This document shows positions 62,597 to 64,000 of a stretch of DNA of 64,000 bases, in pieces. Origin of the DNA: Candidatus Parcubacteria bacterium (GTDB taxonomy: Bacteria; Patescibacteriota; Minisyncoccia; UBA6257; HR35); assembly GCA_026004495.1 (NCBI GenBank), contig BPJG01000001.1, positions 432,527-496,526 on the forward strand, written 5' to 3'. Numbering within the stretch: the first letter of the stretch is position 1; every line of letters begins with the position of its first letter. The translations under genes were made by a program, and so were the position numbers. The notes beneath the pieces were generated by a model that ran no database searches, was not told the origin of the DNA, and worked only from the letters and a program-made list of their open reading frames with translations.

Positions 62597-64000
62597 TGAT
62601 AGTTGTCTATAATGAATTCGATAATAAACCTCAGTTTAATATCGAACAACCAATTATTCCACTAATAGCTAATAATCATTGGTTTTTATTTTCTTTTGAT
62701 CGACGAAGTGTATATTTTGGCTACTGGATGGCAATTGAGAAAAAATTTTACAAGATTGTTGAAAAAATTAACATTTATGAGGACATAAAAAAAATAGAAA
62801 TAATAAATGAAAAAAAAATTGTTTTAATTACCAAGAACAATAAAATAAATTTATTTTTAGATTCTCAAGGATTCAATCTAACTGCTGAAAAATATATTTT
62901 ACTAGATATAGATTTTGATTTTAGAAAAATTTATGAAACCGAAATTAAAAATATAAATTTTAATATTATTTCTCAAAATAATTCTTTTGTTATTTTTTTT
63001 GATAATTTAGACGTAAATGTATTTTTTGAAGGAAATTTAAGCTATATTAATCAGAAAATTTATGTAAATTATGATTATGATTTAAAAAGAAAATCTAATT
63101 TTTATCAAAATGAAATTTATAAACTATTTAAAGGTTGGGTAATTAATTTAAAAATTTTTTCTTCCCAAAAAAAGATTGAAAAAAATATTGAGATTAATTA
63201 CGAAAATAATTTAAAAAATTTTATTATAAAAAGAATTTTTTCTTTATATTCAACCAGCCAAGGATTTAGGGCAGGATTGCCTTGGTTTCCTCAAAGATGG
63301 TTTCGAGATGAATTAATATCTCTTTTATTTTTAGATAATAATTTTGATAAATCTAAAATAATTTACTTTTATTTAGAAAATTTAGAAGAAATATGGAATA
63401 GAAATAGGGAAGATAATTATATTTTGGCAGTAGACACATTGCCTTTATTAATTGTTAACCTCGAAAATAAAATTATAGAAGAAAAAAAAGATTTTTTGAT
63501 TTGTTTATTAAGAAAATGGGAAAATTTATTTAATTTTTATCAAGATAATTTACCACCTCAATCAACTTGGATGGATACCATAGAGAGGAAGCGAGCTATT
63601 GAAATAGATTTTTTATATTATTTATCTTTATTAAGATTAGGACTAATGAATGAAGCAAAAAAATTTAAGATTTTTATTAAAAATAAAATTTTCACTAATA
63701 ATTATCCACAAGATGAATTTTTAAGACCTAATTTATTTTTTGTTTATTTTTTAGATAAAAATTTTTTTAATAGAGAGCAATGGATAGATTTTTTTGATAA
63801 CTTGATGGCTAATAATTATCTTGAATGGGGAGGATTTAGTTCAATTAGTAAGTTTAATCCTAATTTTATTAAAAACTATAGTGGCGAGTTACCTTATAGC
63901 TATCATCAGGGTGATTCATGGTTTTGGTTAAATAATTTAGCCTATTATGCCTTAAATGATTTAAATTATGATAATAAATATTATTTAAAAATAAGTAAAG
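62596..64000 (+). CDS. Amylo-alpha-1,6-glucosidase/glycogen debranching-type enzyme, 3'-truncated by the window (not in ORF track)
   Basis: ATG in a TAATG overlap; open to the window end; RAGLPWFPQRWFRDELISL, TWMDT, RPN, YHQGDSWFWLNN. Confidence 0.85.
   Translation, partial: MIVVYNEFDNKPQFNIEQPIIPLIANNHWFLFSFDRRSVYFGYWMAIEKKFYKIVEKINIYEDIKKIEIINEKKIVLITKNNKINLFLDSQGFNLTAEKYILLDIDFDFRKIYETEIKNINFNIISQNNSFVIFFDNLDVNVFFEGNLSYINQKIYVNYDYDLKRKSNFYQNEIYKLFKGWVINLKIFSSQKKIEKNIEINYENNLKNFIIKRIFSLYSTSQGFRAGLPWFPQRWFRDELISLLFLDNNFDKSKIIYFYLENLEEIWNRNREDNYILAVDTLPLLIVNLENKIIEEKKDFLICLLRKWENLFNFYQDNLPPQSTWMDTIERKRAIEIDFLYYLSLLRLGLMNEAKKFKIFIKNKIFTNNYPQDEFLRPNLFFVYFLDKNFFNREQWIDFFDNLMANNYLEWGGFSSISKFNPNFIKNYSGELPYSYHQGDSWFWLNNLAYYALNDLNYDNKYYLKISK

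Noticed and set aside
63702-63710. Second TTATCCACA DnaA box
   Set aside because: Inside the debranching-enzyme CDS (N-Y-P-Q codons) and isolated; probably chance.

Overview
Very AT-rich (roughly 20-25% GC by eye), gene-dense bacterial chromosome segment. It is most likely Patescibacteria/CPR (Parcubacteria-like), inferred from the absence of Shine-Dalgarno motifs, the N-terminally truncated RF1, the L23 N-terminal extension, the type IV pilus/ComF locus and a stand-alone VirD4-like ATPase. The genetic code is 11: long conserved ORFs have no TGA, and TGA is used as a stop in ATGA overlaps. Content: rpoB-rpoC-tuf-rpsJ-rplC-rplD-rplW (ribosomal super-operon fragmented), three tandem paralogous Cys-rich secreted proteins, housekeeping genes (efp, trpS, murD, rnhB, dnaE, tsf, rpsB, prfA, gpmI, rny, hup, dcd, pyrG, tpiA, secD, greA, ligA, holA, uvrB, adk, map), a type IV pilus cluster plus a minor-pilin operon, tRNA-Ile(GAT), an Nramp-family transporter and a GT3 glycogen synthase/debranching pair. 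I saw no CRISPR, rRNA, integrase or transposase. The most notable signals are: (1) GC-rich ~90-bp palindromic elements with a 21-bp period inserted in frame in pyrG and a ROK kinase; (2) a GGTCG motif in the leaders of highly expressed genes, alongside apparently leaderless genes; (3) an Nramp gene that appears to start at CTG 4 nt after a tRNA; (4) a secreted-protein gene with an in-frame TGA at a likely Gly position; (5) Ser/Thr-run motifs enriched in exported proteins.
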